From the NCBI GenBank assembly GCA_045046875.1, contig JASFYY010000037.1, forward strand, positions 1 to 64,000: a DNA stretch of 64,000 nt, read 5' to 3'. Positions 1 through 9,827 of the stretch are shown here, in pieces. Source of the stretch: Verrucomicrobiota bacterium. Its GTDB lineage: Bacteria > Verrucomicrobiota > Verrucomicrobiia > Verrucomicrobiales > DEV007. Position numbers and translations under genes: made by a program. The notes below the pieces were generated by a model that was given only the letters and a program-made list of their open reading frames with translations, was not told the origin of the DNA and searched no databases. How positions within the stretch are numbered: the first letter of the stretch is position 1; each line of letters begins with the position of its first letter.

Positions 1-56
1 GACACTTAGGACACTTCATCACTCAATGCTCTTCATTTTTTGCCGATAGCCATCAA

Positions 57-1220
57 CTATAAACCACGATCCGCCAAAAAATCTTCAATCGGTTGCCATT
101 CATCAGACACGGGATCAAACCAACCTACACCGCTTCTATCCGGTGACACATGAAAGATACCAACCAACGGAGCAACATCAGGATCGAAGCCGGATTCCTG
201 CGAATGAAACTCGCGAATTATAAAGCCCTTCCAACCGGAAAATTCCGATTCGCTCTCTGCTATGCCCAGGCTCACTCCTTCTGGCATGGATTTTTCCAAT
301 TGCTTAAACCATGGCTGGATGGAAACCCATTTCTCCAGATCAGATTCCCCTGCACTCTTCACAGCCGTATGGCCGTTGATCACTGTGCTTTCCAGCCCTC
401 CCCTCTGTCCTTGATTCTCAACCATTACCACGTGAGCAGCCACATCGTCGAGGTAAAGCGCTCCGGTATATCCGATCACTTCGATGCCAAGTTGATAAGG
501 TCCCGAATCCGTGTCTTCGAACTCATGTTCAAGCACTTGCCAGTCTTTTGACGAGAGTAACAATTTATCAGCAACCGCTGAACTCTGGTAGCGATCTATA
601 AAACGAAAGCGCACACGCACCCCACCGAGCTGTTCGTCAGTGGTCGTTAATTCGGGAATGAAAATTCGACACTGAACCCTGATCTTTCCTTCCTTTAGAC
701 CAGTTCCCAAGGGCAAAACAATGCCTTGATCAACAGGGCCTATCATCTGCCACACAGCATTTCCTCCCTGATCTACGGGTCCACCATCACCTTCTATGTC
801 TCCCTCGAGCACACCGGTAAAATCCCCTCCTACCACCAGATTAAAGCTCCCATCTAATGAATCGGAAGAGATGTTTGCTGACTCCTTATTCCCTTGTATG
901 AGCAACCAGCCAATTCCGCCTACCAGCGCCAATAATCCTACCAAAACCAGTAAGGCCACTAAAAAAAAATTAAGGGCAAGGGATCGTTCACCTTTTTTTT
1001 TCACCTTCGCAAACGTGTTTGACGGCATTTCCTTCGAGCTAGTTGGGGAAGATTTCAGCTCTGAGCTTACTTTAAAAGGCATGTCCGTATCACGAATCTC
1101 TTGAGATGATCCAGGCGGAATACCCGACGAAGAAAGCACAGCTTGTCCACAAGCTTCACAGAAGCGAGTCCCTTGCTGCAAGGAAGCTCCGCATTGTTCG
1201 CAAAATTTTTGATCAGCCAT
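57..1220 (-). CDS. Zinc-ribbon, single-TM membrane protein with an extracytoplasmic beta-sandwich (CBM-like) domain
   Basis: N-terminal CxxC..CxxC (FCEQCG..FCEACG), low-complexity linker, hydrophobic helix (FFLVALLVLVGLLALVGGIGWLLI), beta-rich region ending GALYLDDV; paralog of 1260-2033. Confidence 0.75.
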   Translation of the reverse strand: MADQKFCEQCGASLQQGTRFCEACGQAVLSSSGIPPGSSQEIRDTDMPFKVSSELKSSPTSSKEMPSNTFAKVKKKGERSLALNFFLVALLVLVGLLALVGGIGWLLIQGNKESANISSDSLDGSFNLVVGGDFTGVLEGDIEGDGGPVDQGGNAVWQMIGPVDQGIVLPLGTGLKEGKIRVQCRIFIPELTTTDEQLGGVRVRFRFIDRYQSSAVADKLLLSSKDWQVLEHEFEDTDSGPYQLGIEVIGYTGALYLDDVAAHVVMVENQGQRGGLESTVINGHTAVKSAGESDLEKWVSIQPWFKQLEKSMPEGVSLGIAESESEFSGWKGFIIREFHSQESGFDPDVAPLVGIFHVSPDRSGVGWFDPVSDEWQPIEDFLADRGL

Positions 1221-1259
1221 GAATAGTGTCAGTTAATGTTAAGTATCGATTCATCCTTC

Positions 1260-2033
1260 CTATTCTACCAATAAAGTTAGATCAACGTAGATAGCTCCTT
1301 TGAACCCATTGGCTTCAAAGCGAAGGTGATGAGGTCCTGTTTCCGGATCACAGGCAAAGTTTCCTGCTAGTTTTTGCCACTGATTCACCGCCTTCAAGTG
1401 GTATTCGACAAGTTCAGCCTTGCCTCCGGAATCGATCAAGGACAAACGAATAAATATACCTGGATTTCCACTCGTCACTTGAACGAGTTCTGGAATCAAT
1501 ACCTGAACTTCTGGAGCAAAGGCACCTTTGCCTTTGATGAGCTCAACAGCAGTGGTAAAAGTCGATTCTTTGGGGCCCATCAAAACCCAAACAGGGCGAT
1601 TCACACCCAGTCCGGGTGAATTCATGACATGGCCGTCTCCTCGAATAAGGACTTTTTTACCATCGATTGTATTATTAATAGAATCAACCCCCTCCGGTTT
1701 TACTGGAAAGAGTTCTTCAGAACCCGGGTTTTCAAGTGACGAAGGAGGCGTGCTCAAGTCCATGCTTGTGGAAACCCACCATGCCATCAGCACAGCGATC
1801 AAGGTCACCATCCCGATTGCCAACATCACACGTTTGCCCCGCCCGGGGCTTTCTCCACTGTGCTCCCTTTCCACACTCTCATTCACTTTGTGATCGCTAA
1901 TATTTTTCACCTCAGCAGCTTGATCTGGTAAATTGAGCAGCTCCGCTCCGCAACTCTCGCAAAAGCGGATAGCCTCGCCAAACGGCGCACCACAGGAACG
2001 GCAAAAGCCAGGTTGATTGTTAGCTTTGCTCAT
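1260..2033 (-). CDS. Zinc-ribbon, single-TM membrane protein (paralog of 57-1220)
   Basis: FCRSCG..FCESCG, TM helix, shared motifs VWxxxGP / IPEL / WQxL / GP / GAxYxD. Confidence 0.75.
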   Translation of the reverse strand: MSKANNQPGFCRSCGAPFGEAIRFCESCGAELLNLPDQAAEVKNISDHKVNESVEREHSGESPGRGKRVMLAIGMVTLIAVLMAWWVSTSMDLSTPPSSLENPGSEELFPVKPEGVDSINNTIDGKKVLIRGDGHVMNSPGLGVNRPVWVLMGPKESTFTTAVELIKGKGAFAPEVQVLIPELVQVTSGNPGIFIRLSLIDSGGKAELVEYHLKAVNQWQKLAGNFACDPETGPHHLRFEANGFKGAIYVDLTLLVE

Positions 2034-3016
2034 GACGAGAACCTTGAATGATTTAGATTAAAAACGCCAAGCCCTGCACAGGTACCAAAAATCGTAAAAA
2101 GACCAAGTATGACCAGTTGGATTCCGATCACCAATCCCGCCCCCTCTTGATAAAGGGAAGGAGGTTTCATCTGAAACAAAATTGCCACCGAAATCACAAT
2201 TGAGCCAGCCAAAAGCCAACCGCGCCAGCGACGTCGAACCGGGTTTGAAAGGATTGTCATCACCGTCAGTATCACCATCGGAATCACGAACAAAAACGAG
2301 AAAGCCAGAGGAAAATCCAATAAAAGAAATCCCCCGAACAGAACGGCAGCGAAAACCACCAGTGCTTTTACTGCTGTTGGAATATCCTGCGTCGGCACAC
2401 GTTTGGTCGCAGCCTGATTGATCCCTTGCTGTATTCGTTCCATCGCTTGCTGATACATTTGCAAGGGAACAAAAAATTGCATGACCGTGTGCCATTCGTC
2501 CCACAAGCGAATCTCTCCAGTTTGTGGATTACCTTTGGCTTGACGAAGATCTTTGTAAGCGTATCCCTCGACCTGTCGCGCCTGAGCTAACATTCCTGCG
2601 CCTGCGGCGCTGTATCCACGGGCACCGCCAGCGGCCAAGCCTCCAAAAATCGCCAACAAACTTGCCATTCGGGTTCTTTTATTCAGCATAGCTTGCACCA
2701 CGCCTTGATCATCAATCACCACCTCCATAGACATTTTCCCTCCCAAAAAAAGAATGGCGATCAAAAAAAACGCGCCTGTGAATACCAGCCAGAAAATACC
2801 AAAGCCTTTTAGAATTCTTGCTACAAATTGATAATTGCCCTCTTGTATGGCAAGCCCAAGCACCAACATGGCAACCAAACCAACGGAAATCGTCGAGACA
2901 ACAAGCAGGCTGATCATCACGGTTTTATTGCCAGAAATCGGATAATCTCCCATCCATCGCAATTCATCTAGAGGATTCTGCGTTTCGCTCTGCCTGTTTT
3001 TTTTTGCTTTGGCCAT
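2030..3016 (-). CDS. Multi-pass membrane protein of unknown function
   Basis: Several hydrophobic segments; 4-bp overlap with the next gene; start taken at MAKAKK (3016), ORF is open to 3046. Confidence 0.7.
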   Translation of the reverse strand: MAKAKKNRQSETQNPLDELRWMGDYPISGNKTVMISLLVVSTISVGLVAMLVLGLAIQEGNYQFVARILKGFGIFWLVFTGAFFLIAILFLGGKMSMEVVIDDQGVVQAMLNKRTRMASLLAIFGGLAAGGARGYSAAGAGMLAQARQVEGYAYKDLRQAKGNPQTGEIRLWDEWHTVMQFFVPLQMYQQAMERIQQGINQAATKRVPTQDIPTAVKALVVFAAVLFGGFLLLDFPLAFSFLFVIPMVILTVMTILSNPVRRRWRGWLLAGSIVISVAILFQMKPPSLYQEGAGLVIGIQLVILGLFTIFGTCAGLGVFNLNHSRFSS

Positions 3017-3223
3017 GGGGATGGGGATGGGATGTAGGAACTCCATACGGGGCTTTGCGTCCGCTTCCTTGATGAACCTAAATTCACGATTCGCATCGAT
3101 GAACCTGCCATTGACAGAAGGAACTCAGGCAAGCAACGCCATCACCCCTTACACATTTTAATACGCCTTCCCAACAGCAGAAGACGCCTCATCTAGAATA
3201 ATAAAACCGTAATTTTACAATAT

Positions 3224-4207
3224 TCAGGGCGAAACCAACTTTATCTTTAAGTAGTTTTCAGACACCTCCACCTCCACCAAAGGGGTTCCATTGATCAACA
3301 CCTTCTTCCACGATGTATTTTTGCTACCTGCCAGCACAGGAGTTTTTTTATCCATGCCATTCCTGGCCTTTGGCGTATTGAATATTGAATCAGCACTATC
3401 CTCGGCATCTCCTTTTCCTCGATGAAAATTAGCCCGATCCTGTCGTAAAATATCAGCCACACCGTCTAGCCGCTTACCTGCGGAATTATAATGATCCGCT
3501 TTGCTCAAACGTGCCCGGTAGCTTGTTCGTCCCATATCAGCGGTGGGCGCAGGTTCGGAAGCAGGCTCATTCGTAGGAGTCATCATCATTTGTATCCACT
3601 TTCCAATTTGAAAACCATCGACCGTCGGAATCACTTCCGCTTTTCCAATCCTGACATCCACACCGCCCCGGTATTCAAAAATTTCGACATGAAGATGGCC
3701 ATTTTTATTGATCTCCAGAAATGAAGAAATCCAAGTCCCCTCTGAGGCTCCCGATTCAGCCCACTTGAATTGACCTGATCCTTTGGGGGTTTCCAGCAGA
3801 GTTCCTGATCGCCCCACCACAAAACGCCCCCCCTTCCAGCGCAATACATGGAAAAAAGTCGGCGACACATCACTCTGTGGCGCCGGAGTCACCAATTCGA
3901 TCGCACCATCGCCATCAATGTCTGCAGCAAGTTGCGGCAGACGGATCCCAAAGTGCCAGTTACCAAATACCAAGGGGTTCTCTGTGTCAGTTGATTGAGG
4001 ACTTTCCCACAATAAGCTGCCGTCATCATCAATCACCTGTAGTTGATAAAAATCTCCCTCGTTTTCAGTTTCAGCAAACTTCACCCAGCTAACCCGCTCA
4101 TCCTTGCCATCACCATCCAGATCGGCAAACAACCCATCAACAGCAGATAAAACCACAGCATCACTCAGAAAAAAAACCGCTATGAAAATAAACTGCCTCA
4201 TCACCAT
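3224..4207 (-). CDS. Secreted protein with FG-GAP/VCBS-like DxDGDG motifs and a distinct C-terminal domain
   Basis: Signal-like N-terminus; ADLDGDGKDE and ADIDGDGAIE motifs; Pro/Ala linker then SYRARLSKADHYNSAGKRL..LRQDRANFHR; start uncertain (4201-4225). Confidence 0.65.
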   Translation of the reverse strand: MVMRQFIFIAVFFLSDAVVLSAVDGLFADLDGDGKDERVSWVKFAETENEGDFYQLQVIDDDGSLLWESPQSTDTENPLVFGNWHFGIRLPQLAADIDGDGAIELVTPAPQSDVSPTFFHVLRWKGGRFVVGRSGTLLETPKGSGQFKWAESGASEGTWISSFLEINKNGHLHVEIFEYRGGVDVRIGKAEVIPTVDGFQIGKWIQMMMTPTNEPASEPAPTADMGRTSYRARLSKADHYNSAGKRLDGVADILRQDRANFHRGKGDAEDSADSIFNTPKARNGMDKKTPVLAGSKNTSWKKVLINGTPLVEVEVSENYLKIKLVSP

Positions 4208-4460
4208 GCACAATGTTAACAGCAATCCGTTATATCATCCAGAATAGACTCAATTTTTACTTCCTATTTTTTGCTATTCTCCTCTAACACTATAGGAGCC
4301 CGTGTAGGATCTTTGTAATCAAAAACCTTTTTGATGAAATTGAATTCAAAAAAATTTGAAAGGCAAATTATTCGATGACCTAGAGCCTGCTCCCATGCTC
4401 CTTGTCCCTTTTCTGCCCAGAGGGCTTGAAAAGTTCTCCCTCCCCTGTTTAATTCCAGAC

Positions 4461-5213
4461 ATGCGTGCCCATACCCCTTACATCCTTGCCTTTACCTTCG
4501 TCGGTCTTTCCTTGATCACAACGGCTAGTGCCTCCGACGACGCTGCTTTAATCAAAAAAACCGGCACCCTGCTGTTCGAAGATGCCTTCGAACGTGACGA
4601 ATCCACCCCCGGCAAAGAAGACATCGGTGGCGGCTGGACCAGCAACAGTGCCTGGCGCGCCAAAGGCAAACAACAAGTTGATCTGGTCGACAGCGTGATG
4701 CAGGTCACCCGCGTGCCAGAAGCCGACCACGGCGTCGCCATCTTCCACGACGTCGCTTTCCGCGACGGCGCGGTGCAAATGAAATTCAAACTCAAAGCCG
4801 GAGAAGATCTCGGCCTCGACTTTGTTGACCGCGAACTGAAAAGCGTGCACGCCGGTCATCTCGCTTTTGCCCGGGTCACCCTGAAAAACATCCGCCTTCA
4901 AGACTCCAAAACCGGCACCATGAACAACCAGATCCGCGACCGCCGCAAAGCCGGCGACAAAAGTCCTGAAATGACAAAACTGATCCTGAGCAAGCAAAAA
5001 ATCTTCCCACTCAAACTGGCAGCCGAAGAATGGCACACCCTATTAGTCGTCGTGCAAGGCGATACCATGCGCGCTACCATCAATGGCAAATTCATCGGCG
5101 AATTCAAATCCCCTGGCATCGCCCACCCCACCAAACGCATGATCACCCTCGCGATAAACAAAGGCGCCTCCATCGACGACATCAAAGTCTGGAAATTGGC
5201 ACCGGAAAAATAA
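4461..5213 (+). CDS. Secreted concanavalin-A/LamG-like (DUF1080-like) beta-sandwich protein
   Basis: Signal peptide from ATG 4461; LLFEDAFER start, [19 protein letters not shown] and IDDIKVW end. Confidence 0.65.
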   Translation: MRAHTPYILAFTFVGLSLITTASASDDAALIKKTGTLLFEDAFERDESTPGKEDIGGGWTSNSAWRAKGKQQVDLVDSVMQVTRVPEADHGVAIFHDVAFRDGAVQMKFKLKAGEDLGLDFVDRELKSVHAGHLAFARVTLKNIRLQDSKTGTMNNQIRDRRKAGDKSPEMTKLILSKQKIFPLKLAAEEWHTLLVVVQGDTMRATINGKFIGEFKSPGIAHPTKRMITLAINKGASIDDIKVWKLAPEK

Positions 5214-5426
5214 GCCGGCAAGCCTCTTTTTCCCCAACATACCTATGCTCGCTCTCAGTAGCCCTTTTACTCCTGACTGCCCTCGCTGTTTCTAGTCAAC
5301 GATTTCATTTTCGCCGCCTCGACGACCGCAACGCCTTCGGCCAGATTGTATTTAAAAAAGCAAAAACACAGAAGCCTTGATTGTTACTTGAAAAATAAAC
5401 ACCTGACCTTAGTGAATTAAAACATT

Positions 5427-6431
5427 ATGAAAAAATCCCCAATCAAACTCCTTCTCGCAGTATGTGCCTTGATCGTTTGCCAATCCCAGGCTCAGGAAAA
5501 AATCGTCCCCATCAAAGTCGGCATCATCGGCATCGATGCTCACGCCCCATCCTGGACCAAGCTCATCAATGACCCGAAAGCCGAGGGCGAACTCGCCGAT
5601 ATGACCATCGTCGCTGCTTTTCCCGGTGGCAGCCCGGATATCCCACAAAGCGTGGAATTGCTCGCCAAAGCTCGCGAACCGATGGAGAAACTCGGTGTTG
5701 AAATGGTGGAATCCATCGCTGCCCTGATCAAAAAATCGGACGTGGTGATGATCCTCAGCATCGACGGCCGCACTCACTTAAAACAAGCGATCCCTGTGAT
5801 CGAAGCCGGCAAAACGCTCTACATCGACAAACCCATCGCCGCTTCCGTTTCTGACGCGCTCAAAATCTACCGGCTGGCCAAAGCCAAACAAGTTCCTGTA
5901 TTCACCAGCTCGTCACTCCGTTACGCTCAGGGAGCCATCAACATCCACAAGGATCCCAAACTTGGAGACATCATCGGAGCCGAAGTTTACAGCCCCTGCA
6001 AAACCGAACCCAACCACCCTGACTTCTTCTGGTATGGCATCCACGGTGTCGAACCTCTGTTCACCATCATGGGACAAGGCTGTCAATCAGTCACCCGCAT
6101 CCACACCGAAGGAACCGACGTCGCTGTCGGCATCTGGGATGGCGGACGTATCGGCACTTATCGCGGAATCCGTGACGGTCGGCGTGGTTATGGTGCCACC
6201 GTATTCGGCACCAAAGGCATCGTGCAAGGCGGCGGTTTTGATGGTTACGCTCCCTTGATTGTCGAAATCGGCAAGTTTTTCAAAAGCGGCAAGCCACCAG
6301 TAAGCGAAGCTGAAACTCTGGAGGTCCTAGCTTTCATGGAAGCCGCCGACGAAAGCAAACGCCAGGGAGGAAGCCCTGTCACTATCGAAAGTGTGATGAA
6401 AAAGGCCCAGCAAGAAGCTGCTAAAAAATAA
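5427..6431 (+). CDS. Gfo/Idh/MocA-family oxidoreductase (exported)
   Basis: Signal peptide, IKVGIIGID Rossmann strand, YIDKPIA (EKP-like), FWYGIHGVE. Confidence 0.85.
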   Translation: MKKSPIKLLLAVCALIVCQSQAQEKIVPIKVGIIGIDAHAPSWTKLINDPKAEGELADMTIVAAFPGGSPDIPQSVELLAKAREPMEKLGVEMVESIAALIKKSDVVMILSIDGRTHLKQAIPVIEAGKTLYIDKPIAASVSDALKIYRLAKAKQVPVFTSSSLRYAQGAINIHKDPKLGDIIGAEVYSPCKTEPNHPDFFWYGIHGVEPLFTIMGQGCQSVTRIHTEGTDVAVGIWDGGRIGTYRGIRDGRRGYGATVFGTKGIVQGGGFDGYAPLIVEIGKFFKSGKPPVSEAETLEVLAFMEAADESKRQGGSPVTIESVMKKAQQEAAKK

Positions 6432-6485
6432 GCCGCTGATCAAATGTGAAGCAGGTTTTCAACCTAAGTTCTTCAATCGCACAAC

Positions 6486-6773
6486 ATGTCTAATCCCACT
6501 GCAGAAAAAATCCGTATCGCGGTACTGATCGAAGGAGTTTCTTTCCTCGTCCTGCTCTTCATCGCCATGCCATTAAAATATCTGGCCGACCTGCCCCTCG
6601 CTGTCAAATGGGTGGGCTGGGCACACGGCCTGCTCTTTGTCATCCTCTGCGCACTCTTGTTCTACGGCTTGGTTTCAGGAGCCATCCGCTTCAAACGCGC
6701 TTTGCTGATTTTCATCTGCTCGCTCATCCCTTTTGGGCCTTTTGTGATTAACCACAGGCTCAAGGAGGCATAA
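6486..6773 (+). CDS. DUF3817-type small integral membrane protein
   Basis: IEGVSFLVLLFIAMPLKY..GWAHGLLF..IPFGPF pattern; 95 aa. Confidence 0.8.
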   Translation: MSNPTAEKIRIAVLIEGVSFLVLLFIAMPLKYLADLPLAVKWVGWAHGLLFVILCALLFYGLVSGAIRFKRALLIFICSLIPFGPFVINHRLKEA

Positions 6774-6793
6774 TACTCAAAACTCTTTAGAGT

Positions 6794-6951
6794 ATCGTGC
6801 CACATAAATGGCACGATTAAGCTTAATAGTGCCATAAAAATCACTATTCCGCTTAAATTAGTGGCACTATTTGGGAAAACGTGCCATATTATTGGCTCAA
6901 TGTGGCACGTTTAATCTAATCATGCCACTACCCTGAGTATATCATGCCACT
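6794..6951. promoter_or_regulatory. Array of 8 TGCCA/TGGCA motifs (three inverted pairs plus one direct pair) upstream of the Fic gene; putative operator array
   Basis: Inverted pairs 6794-6802/6809-6817, 6825-6834/6862-6871, 6877-6886/6903-6912; ATCATGCCACT at 6919-6929 and 6941-6951 (second copy covers the start codon). Confidence 0.6.
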
Positions 6952-8347
6952 TCAAATCCCACAGGAAGAGCTCGATTCCATCGTGCAGGCAGTAGGGCAG
7001 CACCCCTCTGGTGCTTCGATAAGCGAGTTGCTAAAAAGACCTGAACTCGATTTCACGAAGAGAACCTTACAACGTCGTCTCAATCAGTTGATCGATGAGG
7101 GAAACCTTGTGCCTGAGGGCGAAGGTCGGGGGCGCCGTTATTTGCTTCCAGTAAAAACTACAGCGGAAACCGTTTTAAGGGAAACCCCTCCATGTAAAGA
7201 AGACCCAAGCTACAAGACGGGCTCGGATTGGCTGTCTCCTGCGGCAAAGGAACTTCGTGATTCCGTAAATCGACCGATAGGCGCACGCACGCCCGTTGGT
7301 TATCAAACTGATTTTCTAGAGTGTTACCAACCGAACACTGATGCCTATTTATCACCGCAATTACGCCGCAGTTTACTCGAAATGGGGCAAGTAGGGATTT
7401 CTGATTTACCTGCGGGGACTTACCTCCGGCAAGTGATGCACCGTCTGCTGATCGATCTATCGTGGAACTCAAGTCGCCTCGAGGGCAATACCTATTCCCT
7501 ACTGGAAACACAATGCCTAGTGGAGCACGGCGAGAATGCCAATGGCAAAAATGCCGAGGAAACTCAGATGATCCTTAATCACAAGGCGGCCATCGAAATG
7601 CTGGCTGATCAAGCGGAGGAAATCGGGTTCAATCGCTACACGGTTTGCAATCTACATGCCCTGTTAGCCGACAACCTGCTGACCAACCCTGCCGCTTGTG
7701 GTCGTCTGCGTTCTCTGGGCGTAGGCATTGGAGGAACGGTTTATCATCCTCTGGCGGTGCCTCAAGCAATCGAAGAACAATTTATCCAGATTCTCGATAA
7801 AGCGGAAGCCATTGAAGATCCTTTTGAACAGGCTTTTTTTGTGATGGTGCACTTGCCCTACCTGCAGCCCTTCGAGGACGTCAACAAACGGGTCTCGCGA
7901 TTGGCTGCCAACATCCCATTGGTGAAGCACAATCTCTGCCCGTTGTCTTTCATCGATGTGGCGCAGGAAGATTACATCGGGGGACTGATCGGTATTTATG
8001 AACAGAACCGTATCGAATACCTGCGCGATGTTTTCGTCTGGGCCTATCAGCGATCCTGCGCGCACTACTCTGCGATTCGACAATCGCTGGGCGAGCCCGA
8101 TCCATTTCGTCTCCGTCACCGCACTCTGATCGGACAGTTTGTGCGTGATATCGTGCAAGGCAATATGGACAAAAAGGCGGCTAAACAATGGACCGAAGCC
8201 CAGGCAATAAAAAGGCTACCCAAAGAGGATTGCGCCAAATTCATAGAGGTGATTGAAGTCGAAATCAATAGCCTGCATATAGGTAACATCGCTCGCTATC
8301 GACTACGCCCAAAAGAGTTTGAGGCGTGGATGATGGAGTGGGACTGA
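6944..8347 (+). CDS. Fic-family protein with an N-terminal HTH and a degenerate Fic motif
   Basis: N-terminal RTLQRRLNQLIDEGNL..GEGRGRRY (wHTH-like); SSRLEGN inhibitory-helix motif; core QPFEDVNKRVSR versus canonical HPFxDGNGRxxR. Confidence 0.85.
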   Translation: MPLQIPQEELDSIVQAVGQHPSGASISELLKRPELDFTKRTLQRRLNQLIDEGNLVPEGEGRGRRYLLPVKTTAETVLRETPPCKEDPSYKTGSDWLSPAAKELRDSVNRPIGARTPVGYQTDFLECYQPNTDAYLSPQLRRSLLEMGQVGISDLPAGTYLRQVMHRLLIDLSWNSSRLEGNTYSLLETQCLVEHGENANGKNAEETQMILNHKAAIEMLADQAEEIGFNRYTVCNLHALLADNLLTNPAACGRLRSLGVGIGGTVYHPLAVPQAIEEQFIQILDKAEAIEDPFEQAFFVMVHLPYLQPFEDVNKRVSRLAANIPLVKHNLCPLSFIDVAQEDYIGGLIGIYEQNRIEYLRDVFVWAYQRSCAHYSAIRQSLGEPDPFRLRHRTLIGQFVRDIVQGNMDKKAAKQWTEAQAIKRLPKEDCAKFIEVIEVEINSLHIGNIARYRLRPKEFEAWMMEWD

Positions 8348-8459
8348 TCTCTCCTTCAATTCTTAGGTTCGCAGCAATTAATGTCCTTTGATACTTGCTA
8401 ATTTGGCGACCTTTGACCAGATCAAACCTAAGCTTCTACAAACGCCCAACGCTAAAACA

Positions 8460-9653
8460 ATGATAAAAAAACCTTTCCCCCTGTTGCTAAACTTGTCCCT
8501 GCTTATTGCGGTCTTCCAAGCAAGTCCTGCGCTGGCAGAACTCATCTCCGTCCATGACTCTAAAAGCCTTGTCAGTGCCACCTCCCGGGCGCAGCCGGGA
8601 GATATTATCTCTTTAGCCGCCGGACACTATGGCAATGGAATTTCAATATCCAAACTAAACGGTAGCAAAGACAAGCCCATTATCATAAGTGCTGCTGATC
8701 CGAAAAACCCTCCACTTTTCGAGGGCGGCAAAGTAGCCCTCCACTTATCCTCCTGCAACTACCTCACCCTGAGTCACTTGGTGATATCCGGATGCCAAAC
8801 TAATGGCATCAATGCAGATGATGGAGGACTGCTAGACACTCCGTCCCTAGGACTGGTTTTTAAAAATATCACCATCAAAAATATCGGACCGACTGGAAAT
8901 CGTGACGGACTGAAACTGTCTGGCCTCAAACACTTCACCGTATCAAATTGCCACTTCTCAGGCTGGGGTGGTTCGGCCATCGACATGGTCGGCTGCCGTG
9001 AAGGCCTGATCCACCAAAGCCGCTTCTACGGTAAAGATGGATTCTCCCAAAGCTCGGGCATCCAAACAAAGGGCGGCAGCGAAAATATCCGTATCGAAAG
9101 CAATTATTTCAACCAGGCCGGGGACAGGGCTATCAATCTCGGGGGAAGCACAGGCTTAGCGTTTTTCCGCCCTGAAGTTCGCGATTTTGAAGCGAAGTCC
9201 ATAAGTGTCTCTGGCAACCGCTTCCTCGGAAGCCAGGCCCCTATTGTCTTCGCCACCTCTATCGAATGCCAAGTCAGGCACAACACCTTTGTCTCACCTG
9301 GGAAATGGGTCATACGGATTTTACAGGAACAGCCAACCGATCGTTTCAAGCCCTGCCAAAAAGGTGATTTCAGTTCTAATCTGATTGTTTATTCCCGGCA
9401 GATAAGAACTTTTGTCAACGTAGGGGAACACACCAAAGCTGAGACTTTTTCTTTTCGCAACAACGCCTGGTTCTGTATCGATGGCAACCAGCGCCCGTCG
9501 CTCCCCGTCAAGGAAATCGAAGGAGTCTATCAGATCGATCCCAAAGTGATTGATCAAGGCACTGCCAGGCTGCGCGCTACATCCCAGCACCCCCTTTTAC
9601 AGAAAATAGGTGCTCGCGCTTTTACCCCTCCCCCAGTTCCTCTCACCCAATAA
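8460..9653 (+). CDS. Secreted right-handed parallel beta-helix protein (polysaccharide-lyase-like fold)
   Basis: Signal peptide from ATG 8460; AQPGDIISLAAGHY; repeated I..N.F beta-helix rungs. Confidence 0.8.
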   Translation: MIKKPFPLLLNLSLLIAVFQASPALAELISVHDSKSLVSATSRAQPGDIISLAAGHYGNGISISKLNGSKDKPIIISAADPKNPPLFEGGKVALHLSSCNYLTLSHLVISGCQTNGINADDGGLLDTPSLGLVFKNITIKNIGPTGNRDGLKLSGLKHFTVSNCHFSGWGGSAIDMVGCREGLIHQSRFYGKDGFSQSSGIQTKGGSENIRIESNYFNQAGDRAINLGGSTGLAFFRPEVRDFEAKSISVSGNRFLGSQAPIVFATSIECQVRHNTFVSPGKWVIRILQEQPTDRFKPCQKGDFSSNLIVYSRQIRTFVNVGEHTKAETFSFRNNAWFCIDGNQRPSLPVKEIEGVYQIDPKVIDQGTARLRATSQHPLLQKIGARAFTPPPVPLTQ

Positions 9654-9827
9654 AGCACCGCCTGCGTTCAAACATAAACAAACAATGTCCGCGCAGGCAT
9701 TGTTTGGATTCCTGGCTGAAGCGCACTTCCTCCCTGGTTAATCCGCCTCTAATCACCACTCGGTTTTTATCAATCCCCCACCAACTCGTGAATTGACCTT
9801 CACTAGCCTTGCTGATAAATTTCCCGC

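Noticed and set aside
6794..6951. Possible mini-CRISPR array upstream of the Fic gene
   Set aside because: Repeats are only 9-11 nt, alternate in orientation and are irregularly spaced; no cas genes
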